This document shows, piece after piece, positions 8,456 to 17,052 of a DNA stretch of 32,000 nt (the stretch's first letter is position 1; the number at the start of each line of letters is the position of its first letter). Source of the DNA: Bdellovibrionales bacterium. Its GTDB lineage: Bacteria > Bdellovibrionota > Bdellovibrionia > Bdellovibrionales > UBA1609. The notes beneath the pieces are model-generated. The model worked only from the letters and a program-made list of their open reading frames with translations. It had not been told where the DNA came from and made no database searches. A program made the position numbers and the translations under genes. Where the stretch lies: positions 1,050,001 through 1,082,000 of the forward strand of contig OY843585.1 in NCBI GenBank assembly GCA_963692945.1. Direction: 5' to 3'.

Positions 8456-9217
8456 ATGAAATTATTAATATTATTTTCTTTTTTCACAGTTTTTTCTTCT
8501 TCTGCTAAAAAAAAAGTTTTTGATAAAATAGTTAGTACACAAAAACAAAGTGAAAAAGAATCTATAAATTCTCAAAATAAAATCAATATCTTGGACAATG
8601 AAACTCAACAATTATTACAAGAGTATCGTCTTTCATTAAAAAAAATATACAATACTAGAAAATACAATGAACAATTGAGAGAATTTATAAAAAATCAAAA
8701 AAAAGAAATGATTTCTTTGAGAAAACAAATAGAGCAAGTTAAGGACACTAGAAAAGACATACTTCCTTTGATGTTGAGAATGTTAGATTCTTTAGAACAA
8801 TTTATAAATCTAGATACACCTTTTTTACTAGAAAAAAGAAAAGAAAGAATTGCAAAACTTAAAGAAATTATGAAGAGATCAGATATTTCTGTTAGTGAGA
8901 AATATCGTCGTCTCTTGTCAGCCTATGAAATAGAGAATGAATATGGACGAACCATCTCTGCCTACAAAGGAAAACAAGAGATTAAAGGCAAAGAGTTAAC
9001 GGTTGATTTCTTAAGGGTTGGACGTATCGCTCTTATTTATCAAAATCTCAATAAGAAGCATCTAGCTTATTGGGATAATACAGAAAAAAGTTGGAAAAAA
9101 CTTTCTAGATCTTATAAAAGTTCAATCTCTAAAGCTTTAGCTATTGCTAAAAAACAATTAGCTCCTGATCTTCTAAAAGTTCCTGTCCCTGCTCCACAAA
9201 AAGAAGTGACCCTATGA
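8456..9217 (+). CDS. DUF3450-family periplasmic protein (accessory protein of TonB2-type systems)
   Basis: 253 aa. It has a signal peptide, a coiled-coil N-terminus, and C-terminal motifs typical of DUF3450 (PLMLRML, EKYRRLLSAYEIENEYGRTISAY, VDFLRVGRIAL, APDLLKVP). Its stop overlaps the next start (ATGA at 9214-9217). Confidence 0.8.
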   Translation: MKLLILFSFFTVFSSSAKKKVFDKIVSTQKQSEKESINSQNKINILDNETQQLLQEYRLSLKKIYNTRKYNEQLREFIKNQKKEMISLRKQIEQVKDTRKDILPLMLRMLDSLEQFINLDTPFLLEKRKERIAKLKEIMKRSDISVSEKYRRLLSAYEIENEYGRTISAYKGKQEIKGKELTVDFLRVGRIALIYQNLNKKHLAYWDNTEKSWKKLSRSYKSSISKALAIAKKQLAPDLLKVPVPAPQKEVTL

Positions 9218-10557
9218 GATATTTTTTATTTATACTTTTTATTATTTCATTCTCTCCTCTTTCTTTAGGAAAAAATAAAGAAATTAAAAATTTAAGTGAT
9301 CTTCTAAAAAAAGTTCAACAAGATCAAATTGAACAAAGACCAGAACTTAAAAAGCGAGAATTGAAATTTTTAAAGAACCGTAATAAACAAAAAATCTTAT
9401 TGAATCAAATTAAATTAGAACTTAAAAAAGAAGAGTTGATTATGCTATCTTTGCAATCTCTGTTTGATAAACAAGAAAAGGAACTCTCCGATTTAGAAAG
9501 TCGTTTAACTTTAGCCGTAGGAACTTTAGGTGAATTGTTTGGAGTTGTAAAGCAAACCTCTAGAAATCTAAAAAATCAGCTAGAAGATTCTATTATTTCA
9601 GCAGAATATAAAAACAGGGAGAATTTTCCAAATCAGATGGCTCTTAGAAAAAAATTACCAATCACTTCTGAATTAGAAAAACTATGGCTACTCATTCAAC
9701 AAGAAATGACAGAAACAGGAAAAATCAGCCGATTTCAAGAGGAAGTGTTAACTCCTAATGGAGATAAAAGGACTCAAAAAATTGTTCGTATTGGAGCCTT
9801 TAATCTTATTTCTAATGGAAAATATTTAAATTATGAACCAGAGACAAAACAAATTGTAGAATTTTCAAAACAAGCCCCTCGTCGTTTTCTATCTCTTGTT
9901 GATGATTTAGAAGAAGCAAAAAAAGGATATCATCCCTTTGGAATTGACCCTTCTAGAGGATCTCTGCTTTCTCTTTTTATAAAATCCCCTAGCCTTCTTC
10001 AAAGAATTCATCAAGGAGGAATTGTTGGCTATATCATTCTTCTTCTTTTGATTTTGAGTTTGATTTTTTCAGGAGAAAGATTTTGGAGACTTAGAATACA
10101 AGATAAACTTTTAAAAGAACAAATGAATACAAATAAGATACTAGAAAATAATCCTTTAGGAGATATTAAAAAAGTTTTTGAAGAAAATAAAAATAAAGAT
10201 ATAGAAACTTTAGAGTTAAAAGTAGAAGAAGTGATTGGAAGAAAAACTTCTCACATGCAAGAAGGACTAAGTACTTTAAAAGTTTTAGCTTCTATTGCTC
10301 CTCTATTAGGTTTATTGGGAACCGTAACAGGTATGATTTCTACTTTTCAAAGTATAACTTTATTTGGAACAGGAGATCCTAAACTTATGGCTGGAGGTAT
10401 TTCTCAAGCTCTTGTAACGACTGTTTTAGGTTTAGTGGCTGCCATTCCTCTTATTTTAATTTATAATTATCTTTCAACCAAAGCACGAAGTCTCATACAG
10501 GTTTTTGAAAATGAAAGTTTAGGATTTTTATCTGAAAAAACAATACAAAAAAAATGA
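9214..10557 (+). CDS. TtpC-like large MotA/TolQ/ExbB-family proton-channel protein
   Basis: 447 aa. A long N-terminal coiled-coil/periplasmic part precedes a C-terminal MotA/ExbB channel domain (APLLGLLGTVTGMISTF ... GISQALVTTVLGL). This architecture matches TtpC of Vibrio TonB2 systems. ATGA overlaps the next gene. Confidence 0.8.
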   Translation: MRYFLFILFIISFSPLSLGKNKEIKNLSDLLKKVQQDQIEQRPELKKRELKFLKNRNKQKILLNQIKLELKKEELIMLSLQSLFDKQEKELSDLESRLTLAVGTLGELFGVVKQTSRNLKNQLEDSIISAEYKNRENFPNQMALRKKLPITSELEKLWLLIQQEMTETGKISRFQEEVLTPNGDKRTQKIVRIGAFNLISNGKYLNYEPETKQIVEFSKQAPRRFLSLVDDLEEAKKGYHPFGIDPSRGSLLSLFIKSPSLLQRIHQGGIVGYIILLLLILSLIFSGERFWRLRIQDKLLKEQMNTNKILENNPLGDIKKVFEENKNKDIETLELKVEEVIGRKTSHMQEGLSTLKVLASIAPLLGLLGTVTGMISTFQSITLFGTGDPKLMAGGISQALVTTVLGLVAAIPLILIYNYLSTKARSLIQVFENESLGFLSEKTIQKK

Positions 10558-11066
10558 TGGGTTTTTTTGAAGAAATAAATATTTTTATGGAAAAAGGAGG
10601 AACCACCTTATGGTTTATTCTCCTTACTCTTTTAGCTTTTTGGATTCTTGTTTTAGAAAGATATTATTTTTTTAAATACATTTATCCTACAAAAGAAAAA
10701 GAAAAACAAAACTCATGGTCTCAAGTTACAAATAAAGACTCTTGGTTTTCACAACAACTTCGTCAAAAATTTATTTCTGAAATCTCAAGAGAATTGAATC
10801 AGTTTTTAACAGCCATTAAAACCCTTATAGTTCTCTTTCCTCTTTTAGGACTCTTAGGCACTATAACAGGTATGATTGCTATTTTTGATATCATGTCCTT
10901 CACTGGAACTGGAAATGCAAGGCTTATGGCGAGTGGGATTTCTATGGCTGTTATTCCCACAATGGCAGGAATGGTGGCAGCTATCTCTGGGCTTTATTTT
11001 AGCAATGATTTAGAAAAAAGATCTAAAAAGAAAATAGAGTATTTTACCAAAACATTAAAGTTTTAA
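10554..11066 (+). CDS. exbB: ExbB/TolQ-family proton-channel protein
   Basis: 170 aa with three predicted TM segments and the MotA/ExbB motif FPLLGLLGTITGMIAIF ... GISMAVIPTMAGM. Confidence 0.85.
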   Translation: MMGFFEEINIFMEKGGTTLWFILLTLLAFWILVLERYYFFKYIYPTKEKEKQNSWSQVTNKDSWFSQQLRQKFISEISRELNQFLTAIKTLIVLFPLLGLLGTITGMIAIFDIMSFTGTGNARLMASGISMAVIPTMAGMVAAISGLYFSNDLEKRSKKKIEYFTKTLKF

Positions 11067-11067
11067 T

Positions 11068-11487
11068 ATGAGAAAAAGGTTTAAAAATTATCAAGAAAGC
11101 GAAGCAACTATAGAGTTAATGCCTCTATTAGATGTTGTTTTTATCCTTCTTATCTTTTTTATTGTGACCACTTCCTTTGTAAAAGAGTCTGGTATTGATG
11201 TTTTAAAACCAACAGCAAAAACAGCAGAAAAAAAAGAAAGAGCTAGTATTTTTATAGCCATCAAAGACAATGGGGAAATATGGATTCAAAAACGAAAAGT
11301 AGAGCTTGGTTCTGTTCGTGCAAACATTGAAAAACTTCACGCTGAAAGCCCTGAAGGTAGTGTTGTTATCCAAGCCGATAAAAGATCTCAAACAGGTGTT
11401 TTAATACAAGTTATGGATCAAATTCGTGCTGCTCATGTTGAAAACATTTCTGTAGCCGCTCAACCTGATGGCTTAAACTCCTTTTAA
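11068..11487 (+). CDS. exbD: ExbD/TolR-family protein
   Basis: 139 aa. It has an N-terminal TM with the typical MPLLDVVFILLIFFIVT segment (conserved Asp) and a periplasmic ExbD fold region. Confidence 0.9.
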   Translation: MRKRFKNYQESEATIELMPLLDVVFILLIFFIVTTSFVKESGIDVLKPTAKTAEKKERASIFIAIKDNGEIWIQKRKVELGSVRANIEKLHAESPEGSVVIQADKRSQTGVLIQVMDQIRAAHVENISVAAQPDGLNSF

Positions 11488-11495
11488 TTTATTCT

Positions 11496-12320
11496 ATGAA
11501 AAATTTTAAATTTTTTATAAAATTCAAAAAATCTAAGAATCAATTAGAAAATATTTTTTACACATTAAAAAATGTTCTAATTGATTTTATTAAAAAATAC
11601 TATTTTATTTTAAAATCTCACTATTTAGATTTCCTTCATAAAATTTTTAAAGGCAAGGAAGAGATTTTATATCTTTTTTTAAAAACTTATAAGAACTACA
11701 TCTACCCTATTTTAGGAGGGATTTTTTTAACTTTAACTCTATTTTATATAATGACATTACTTATTTCTCAAAAAAAATCTCTTTCAAAAATAAATACAGA
11801 TAATATTTTTATAAATTTTTTAAGTTCTAAAGAAATAGATGAGTTGAAAACAAAAGATCGCCGATTGCCTCAAAAACCAAAAGAAATTCAAACACCACCT
11901 ACAACACCCAAACTCAACACTCAACCAAACACACCTCAGAAGCCAAAATTATCTATTCCTCAACAATCTTTAAAATTACCAAAAAGTATTTTAAATAAAA
12001 ATAGTTTTTCTATTTTTGGAAATGATGCTGTTCATTCTTATGGGGATTCAGAGGTCACACCCATTGTAAGAATTGAACCCAATTATCCAAGAAAGGCAGC
12101 CATAATAGGAGCTGAAGGTTTTGTTATCTTACAGTTTGATATTACAGCCTTTGGAACAATTACAAATATCTCTATTTTGCAATCAAGCCCTCCTCAAATT
12201 TTTAACAACAGTGCTATAAGAGCTTTACAAAAATGGAAATACAAACCAAAAATTGTGAACAATAAGCCTGTTATGCAAAAAAATTTAAAGGTGCGATTAG
12301 ATTTTAAACTAGAAAAGTAA
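11496..12320 (+). CDS. tonB: TonB-family energy transducer with an atypical N-terminus
   Basis: 274 aa. It has a single TM, a Pro/Lys-rich spacer (PQKPKEIQTPPTTPKLNTQPNTPQKPKLSIPQQ), and a C-terminal TonB domain (EPNYPRKAAIIGAEGFVILQFDI ... ALQKWKYKP). Confidence 0.85.
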   Translation: MKNFKFFIKFKKSKNQLENIFYTLKNVLIDFIKKYYFILKSHYLDFLHKIFKGKEEILYLFLKTYKNYIYPILGGIFLTLTLFYIMTLLISQKKSLSKINTDNIFINFLSSKEIDELKTKDRRLPQKPKEIQTPPTTPKLNTQPNTPQKPKLSIPQQSLKLPKSILNKNSFSIFGNDAVHSYGDSEVTPIVRIEPNYPRKAAIIGAEGFVILQFDITAFGTITNISILQSSPPQIFNNSAIRALQKWKYKPKIVNNKPVMQKNLKVRLDFKLEK

Positions 12321-12349
12321 GGAAATAAGAGTATGATAAGGGAAAAACA

Positions 12350-13651
12350 ATGAAACTTTTTATTCTATTTTGTTCACTTTATGCCAACTTTTTTGTTTGG
12401 ACTGGTTTTGCAAATACCGATGCTGTAAAGGCTAGACCTATAAAAAATAATTTTACAAAAAACACTCAAGCCATATCTCGTATCAAAAAACAATCTTCAG
12501 GCTTAATTTCAGATAAAGTTTATAAATTTATGGAACGCGCTTATGACCTTGCTTCTACAAAACAATATGCTGCTGCTCTCAAAGTCCTTAAAGAACAATC
12601 TCAAAAAGATTATATTAAAAAAGGAGAGAAAGCACAAATATTAAGAACCATTGGATTTATCTATGCTCAAAAAGAAGATTACAATTCAGCTATAAAATAT
12701 TTATATAAAGCCTTAGAGACTAAAAAATTATCTTATGATCTTCATATTGGAACTTTTTTCACTATAGCACAGATTACAATAATGTTAGGAAAACACCACA
12801 ACGGGCAAAAACTTTTAGAAGAATGGTTTTCTATCACTGATAAAAATAAACCTGAAGCTTATATTCTTTATGCCATTTGCTTGTTAGAAAAAAAACAATC
12901 TAAAAAATCTTTAAAGTATGTAGAAAAAGCAATTTCTATGACCAATCAACCTCAAGAAAATTGGTTGAAATTTGCTCTTTCTTTTTATCTTAATAATGGA
13001 AATTATAAAAAAGCAAAAACTTTGTTGGAGAAGCTTGTGGCTCAATTCCCTACTCGCCCTGTCTATTGGAAACAACTTGCAGGAGTTTACATTCACTTAA
13101 ATGATAATAAAAAAGCTTTAATCACTTTAGAGCTGGCTCATAAAATGAATTATCTAAATACAGAAAGTCAGTACCTTAATTTAGTAAAACTTCTTATTGA
13201 ACAAGACATTCCTTTTCAAGCTGCTGAATTATTAAAAACCAAAATAAACAATAAGCTTTTAAAAAATAATGCAAAAAACTTAGAATTGATGGCTGATGCT
13301 TATCTTATATCTCGGGAAAGAAAAACCTCTTTATCTATTTTCTCTAAAATCTTTAATCGTTCTAGATCACAAAAACTTTATTTAAAATACGCTTATATTC
13401 TTCTTCAAGAGGAACTTTGGGTACAAGCAGAAAAAGCTTTTAAAAAATCTTTAACTCTTAAAAAAGAAGTTAATAAAATAGATAAAATTTATTTAGGTTT
13501 AGGTATTTCTTTATTTTATCAAAAAAAATATGAAAAATCTTTAAGCTCTTTTAGAAAATCTTTTGAAATAAATTCAGAACAATCTGCTGCTTTTTATTGG
13601 ATACAACATGCAGAAACAATACTCAAAGAACAATCTCAAATTAAGATATAA
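12350..13651 (+). CDS. secreted TPR-repeat protein (TPR partner of TonB2-type systems)
   Basis: 433 aa. It has a signal peptide and several 34-aa TPR-like units (for example AQILRTIGFIYAQKEDYNSAIKYLYKAL and YWKQLAGVYIHLNDNKKALITLELA). It occupies the position immediately after tonB, as in Vibrio TonB2/TonB3 clusters. Confidence 0.75.
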   Translation: MKLFILFCSLYANFFVWTGFANTDAVKARPIKNNFTKNTQAISRIKKQSSGLISDKVYKFMERAYDLASTKQYAAALKVLKEQSQKDYIKKGEKAQILRTIGFIYAQKEDYNSAIKYLYKALETKKLSYDLHIGTFFTIAQITIMLGKHHNGQKLLEEWFSITDKNKPEAYILYAICLLEKKQSKKSLKYVEKAISMTNQPQENWLKFALSFYLNNGNYKKAKTLLEKLVAQFPTRPVYWKQLAGVYIHLNDNKKALITLELAHKMNYLNTESQYLNLVKLLIEQDIPFQAAELLKTKINNKLLKNNAKNLELMADAYLISRERKTSLSIFSKIFNRSRSQKLYLKYAYILLQEELWVQAEKAFKKSLTLKKEVNKIDKIYLGLGISLFYQKKYEKSLSSFRKSFEINSEQSAAFYWIQHAETILKEQSQIKI

Positions 13652-13652
13652 A

Positions 13653-14402
13653 ATGTCTATTAAAACAAAATTAAGTGTTAACATTAATAAAATTGCTACC
13701 TTGAGGAATGCAAGAGGAAAGAACATCCCAGACCTTTTAAAAATGACTAAAATAATTATTGAAGCCGGTGCTGAAGGAATCACTATTCACCCACGTCCTG
13801 ATGAAAGACATATACGCTATGCTGATGTGATTCCATTAAAAAATCTTATTAAAAAATATAAAGATGTAGAGTTTAATATAGAGGGCTATCCTTCCAATAA
13901 ATTTTTAAAATTGATTGAGGATGTTTTACCTCATCAATGCACTTTAGTCCCCGATCCTCCTGATGTTTTAACTTCCAACGCTGGTTGGAAATTTGTAGAT
14001 AACAAAACTTTATTAAAACAAACTGTTGAAAATTTTAAAAAATTAAAGATTCGTTCCAGCTTGTTTTTAGATCCTTTTTCAATGACAGATACAGAGTGGG
14101 AGGCTTTAAAAGCCATTTCACCTGACCGTGTAGAACTCTACACAGAATCTTATGCTGAAAATTGGAACACTAAAAGAGAGAAAGAAGTGCTTTTTGAATA
14201 TAAAAAGACAGCTTCAAAAGCCTCTCAACTTAAAATTGGAATCAATGCAGGACATGATCTCAATCAAAAAAATTTAGCAAAATTTTTAGAAACTATTCCA
14301 GAAGTTAAAGAGATTTCTATCGGACAAGCTCTCATTGCTGAATCTCTAGAAGAAAGCTTAGCTTCTGTTGTTGGAAAATACCTATCTATTACAAAACTCT
14401 AG
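13653..14402 (+). CDS. pdxJ: pyridoxine 5'-phosphate synthase
   Basis: LSVNINKIATLRNARG ... GITIHPRPDERHI ... NIEGYP ... are PdxJ hallmarks. I start it at the internal ATG at 13653 (MSIKTKL), 1 nt after the TPR stop. The track start at 13608 would overlap the TPR gene by 44 nt. Confidence 0.88.
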   Translation: MSIKTKLSVNINKIATLRNARGKNIPDLLKMTKIIIEAGAEGITIHPRPDERHIRYADVIPLKNLIKKYKDVEFNIEGYPSNKFLKLIEDVLPHQCTLVPDPPDVLTSNAGWKFVDNKTLLKQTVENFKKLKIRSSLFLDPFSMTDTEWEALKAISPDRVELYTESYAENWNTKREKEVLFEYKKTASKASQLKIGINAGHDLNQKNLAKFLETIPEVKEISIGQALIAESLEESLASVVGKYLSITKL

Positions 14403-14580
14403 TTCAGTTACTTAGATATTTTCTTACTCTTATTTTAACGAGCTTTTCATCACAGGAGGGACATTCTTCAAATCTCGTGAAAATAAAAGATTTAAACATA
14501 GAGAAAAACTCTGTTCTTTTAAAGAGTCTCAAAATTGAGACACATTATAAATGAGTAAAAAACCTAACATAAAGAGTTTT
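14392..14580. mobile_element. MITE-like intergenic repeat mosaic, copy A
   Basis: It begins with CAAAACTCTAGTTCA (14392-14406), which contains the pdxJ stop codon. It includes the hairpin at 14427-14489, a degenerate copy of the 24-nt unit (CATAGAGAAAAACTCTGTTCTTTT, 14498-14521), and a 6-bp hairpin GTCTCA-AAAT-TGAGAC (14526-14541). Its right end AAAGAGTTTT (14571-14580) is only a degenerate match to the inverted terminus. Modules are shared with 19166-19447. Confidence 0.4.
14427..14489. repeat. imperfect 16-bp inverted repeat (14 of 16 pair) enclosing a 31-nt core
   Basis: The arms are CTCTTATTTTAACGAG (14427-14442) and CTCGTGAAAATAAAAG (14474-14489). The loop CTTTTCATCACAGGAGGGACATTCTTCAAAT (14443-14473) matches the loop at 19200-19230 at 24 of 31 positions. 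Confidence 0.85.
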
Positions 14581-14608
14581 AAAAAAATAGTAAAAATAAC
14601 TCAAGTTT

Positions 14609-16417
14609 TTGAAGTCATTTCCGATGATAATCAAAGATATGCCTTTTAAAAATACTTTTTTCTTTCTTCTCTTAATTTTCTCTATTTTAAGTTTTTCTGA
14701 AAATCTTGTGATGTTCCCTGAAAGCTATAATTTTATAAAAGAAAAAGCCTATTCAAAAAAAGATAAAGAATATCTTTTTGAAATGGGGAAAATACATTAC
14801 TACGGAGTGAAACATCAAGGAACAGGTGAACTTTTTATAAAACCTAATATGGCGAAATCCTTAGAAGATTTTAAAGAATCCTATGACTTGGGTTACAAAA
14901 AAGAAACAGCTCCATTTATAGCTCATATGTATTTTTATGGGACTGATGATATAAAACAAGATAAGAAAAAGGGTCTTAAGTATTATGAAGATGTCTTAAA
15001 ATATGGAAGTTCAAAAGATAAAGACGAAGCCATTAGCATTATAAATGAAAATCAAGATGAAATAAATCGTATTCAGCCAGATTTTTTTAGAACAACAGAG
15101 GGTTTACCAAAGGAACAAGATTCTTTTAATCCTACTACAACACCTAGACCTCCTACACCTCCATTTGATTCTATTATAACGACACCAATACCTGAAAGAG
15201 TGCCACAAAGCGTTCCACCAAAAAATCTATTCAGTCCTCCTCCTAGTCACATAACTAAAGAACAATTTATTGAATTTAAAAATACATTTGAACCTTACTT
15301 AGACATTCAAATAGCAAAGGCAAAAAAATTCAAAGCCTCTCTTGCTGGAGTTCCTCCAAATAATACTACAATAGCTAATTTGCAATTATGGCTCAGTCGA
15401 GTCGAGACAATTAAACGGCAATTAAATGTACCTAATCGCCTAGAAGAATACAATCGCTTAAAAGAAGAATTATTAAATTTACTCAAAACATCTCCTTTTG
15501 CAAGTATATTGAGAGGAGTTCAGGTCAATTCTTCCATAGGATCAGGAAATGGTTTTTTGTATTCTTCAAAATACGTTATTACCAATTATCATGTAATAAG
15601 TGATAAAAGTGTTAAAAAACAGGCTCAAACAGGTCAAATTATGAATATCGAATTGATAAATAACAACAAAAGAAATGTTAAGCTTATCTATTATGATTGT
15701 GACAATGATTTAGCTCTTCTTGAAGTTCAAGGAAATCCTATAACAAATGAAGATTTATTAGAACCTTCAGAGAGAACATATCTTCAGCAACTTGCAAAGT
15801 CAGGCCTTGTAACAAAGAAAGATATAAATACAATGCTTCAATCTCAGTTAGATAAAACCATTCCTCTAACCTCCAATGCCCAAAAAGGAAGTGTTGTGGA
15901 GTATTTAAAAAGTGATTTAAGTGTTATTGAATCAGGAAAAGTTATCTTCTTAAATAATCACTATGGTATTTTAAAGAATACTAATATTGTTAAGGGATAT
16001 AGTGGTGGCGGAATATTTTATCAAAATGAGCTGGCTTGCATAACTCAAGGAGGTATAACAATACAAAATTATAGGAGAATCTTATGTATTTCCTCCTCTC
16101 AAATTGAGTCCTTTATAAACAAAAGAAACCAACAACCTGAAAAATTTTGTAAGTGTAAGAATTTTCTTCTCATTTTCAAAGCGATTGAAGATTATGCAAA
16201 TAGTAAACCTCTAAGTTATGTAGTCTCAGCTAGAGATTTTCTATTACAAGCTAGTAAAGAATCTATTAAACTTATGATTAAGGCTTTTTCAGGAAAACGT
16301 ATATCTAAGACAGTAGAACGAAGGATAGAGTATACAATTAAAGTGTTAAATAGAAAAGCAAAGAAAAAAGACCCTAATCATCAAGAACCTGCAGCTAATG
16401 TATGCAGAGATTTTTAA
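14609..16417 (+). CDS. secreted Sel1-like-repeat / trypsin-like (S1 family) serine protease fusion
   Basis: 602 aa. The track start is TTG at 14609. ATG alternatives at 14624 and 14639 give MPFKNTFFFLLLIFSILSFS, a signal peptide. The N-terminal part has Sel1/TPR-like repeats (GKIHYYGVKHQG ... AHMYFYGTDDIKQDKKKGLKYYE). A Pro-rich linker follows (TTTPRPPTPPFDSIITTPIPERVPQSVPPKNLFSPPPS). The candidate catalytic triad is ITNYHVI (His), DNDLALLEV (Asp) and KGYSGGGIF (Ser). There is also a roughly 100-aa C-terminal extension. Confidence 0.7.
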   Translation: MKSFPMIIKDMPFKNTFFFLLLIFSILSFSENLVMFPESYNFIKEKAYSKKDKEYLFEMGKIHYYGVKHQGTGELFIKPNMAKSLEDFKESYDLGYKKETAPFIAHMYFYGTDDIKQDKKKGLKYYEDVLKYGSSKDKDEAISIINENQDEINRIQPDFFRTTEGLPKEQDSFNPTTTPRPPTPPFDSIITTPIPERVPQSVPPKNLFSPPPSHITKEQFIEFKNTFEPYLDIQIAKAKKFKASLAGVPPNNTTIANLQLWLSRVETIKRQLNVPNRLEEYNRLKEELLNLLKTSPFASILRGVQVNSSIGSGNGFLYSSKYVITNYHVISDKSVKKQAQTGQIMNIELINNNKRNVKLIYYDCDNDLALLEVQGNPITNEDLLEPSERTYLQQLAKSGLVTKKDINTMLQSQLDKTIPLTSNAQKGSVVEYLKSDLSVIESGKVIFLNNHYGILKNTNIVKGYSGGGIFYQNELACITQGGITIQNYRRILCISSSQIESFINKRNQQPEKFCKCKNFLLIFKAIEDYANSKPLSYVVSARDFLLQASKESIKLMIKAFSGKRISKTVERRIEYTIKVLNRKAKKKDPNHQEPAANVCRDF

Positions 16418-16440
16418 AACAAAGGATATGAATTATGAAA

Positions 16441-16495
16441 AAAAAATTTACTTCTTTTACAAAAATTGATAGGTTAAAAATATTATGAAATACAT
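16441..16495 (+). repeat. 55-bp leader duplication, copy 1 (partner at 17053-17107, 54 of 55 identical)
   Basis: The sequence AAAAAATTTACTTCTTTTACAAAA(A/T)TTGATAGGTTAAAAATATTATGAAATACAT covers 44 bp upstream plus the first 11 nt of the ankyrin lipoprotein gene. Confidence 0.95.
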
Positions 16496-17027
16496 GTTAT
16501 TTATTTTTATATTTACTGGAAGCTTATTTCAATTTTCTTGTAAAGAAGATGAAGAGATAAATGCTAATAGTCCTTTTAAAACATTAGAAGAAGCTCAAAA
16601 ACACCTTGAAACCAATAGAAAGTATGAAATGGTTAAAGGTTGCAAGGTGATAGCACAAGGACCCGCCAATGTTATGCCATTCATTAACTTTGATCCAATA
16701 AATAAGCTGTTTGAAGATAATGATGATTACTTAACAATACCTGATGATCTTGTGAGGTCTATCGTATTTGAAGATGTAGTAGCTGTAAAATGTCTTCTCG
16801 GCACAAGCTATGATCCTAATACGAGAAGTATTTCAATATTATCATCAGCAATACCACATTCAGCTCTTCATTGGGCTGTTTCTAAAAATAACCCTGAAAT
16901 CGTGAAACTTCTGGCAGAAGCAGGAGCAGATGTGAATGAGAGACATGAAGATGGAATTAATTATTTGCTGTTTTTTGCTGAGGGAGAGGTAAAAGAAATC
17001 CTTAAAGCTCATGGAGCTATAGAATAG
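16485..17027 (+). CDS. ankyrin-repeat lipoprotein
   Basis: 180 aa with a lipobox (SLFQFSC). The C-terminal half has ANK consensus (SALHWAVSKNNPEIVKLLAEAGADVNERHEDGINYLLF ... ILKAHGA), giving about 2-3 repeats. Confidence 0.75.
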   Translation: MKYMLFIFIFTGSLFQFSCKEDEEINANSPFKTLEEAQKHLETNRKYEMVKGCKVIAQGPANVMPFINFDPINKLFEDNDDYLTIPDDLVRSIVFEDVVAVKCLLGTSYDPNTRSISILSSAIPHSALHWAVSKNNPEIVKLLAEAGADVNERHEDGINYLLFFAEGEVKEILKAHGAIE

Positions 17028-17052
17028 AATCTAAATATTTTTTTATAAATTC

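Noticed and set aside
8507-8515. A9 homopolymer in the DUF3450 gene as a phase-variation tract, along with similar T8-T9 or A8-A9 runs in cysS and elsewhere
   Set aside because: Runs of this length occur in many genes in this AT-rich window, including essential ones such as cysS. They are therefore compositional rather than a specific contingency locus.
11203-11391. 62-aa minus-strand ORF inside exbD
   Set aside because: It is a shadow ORF antisense to exbD.
13608-13652. 15-codon N-terminal extension of pdxJ in the track ORF
   Set aside because: It would overlap the TPR gene by 44 nt. PdxJ proteins normally begin a few residues before the LSVNI..IATLRNARG segment, and the ATG at 13653 fits that.
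12911-14116. Three short minus-strand ORFs (12911-13096, 13574-13783, 13934-14116)
   Set aside because: All three are antisense to the TPR gene or pdxJ and have no motifs, so they are shadow ORFs.
16429-16470. Mini-ORF MNYEKKIYFFYKN* upstream of the ankyrin lipoprotein gene
   Set aside because: It lies within the duplicated leader region. The second copy of the leader does not preserve the ORF, because there is no ATG upstream at 17040-17052.
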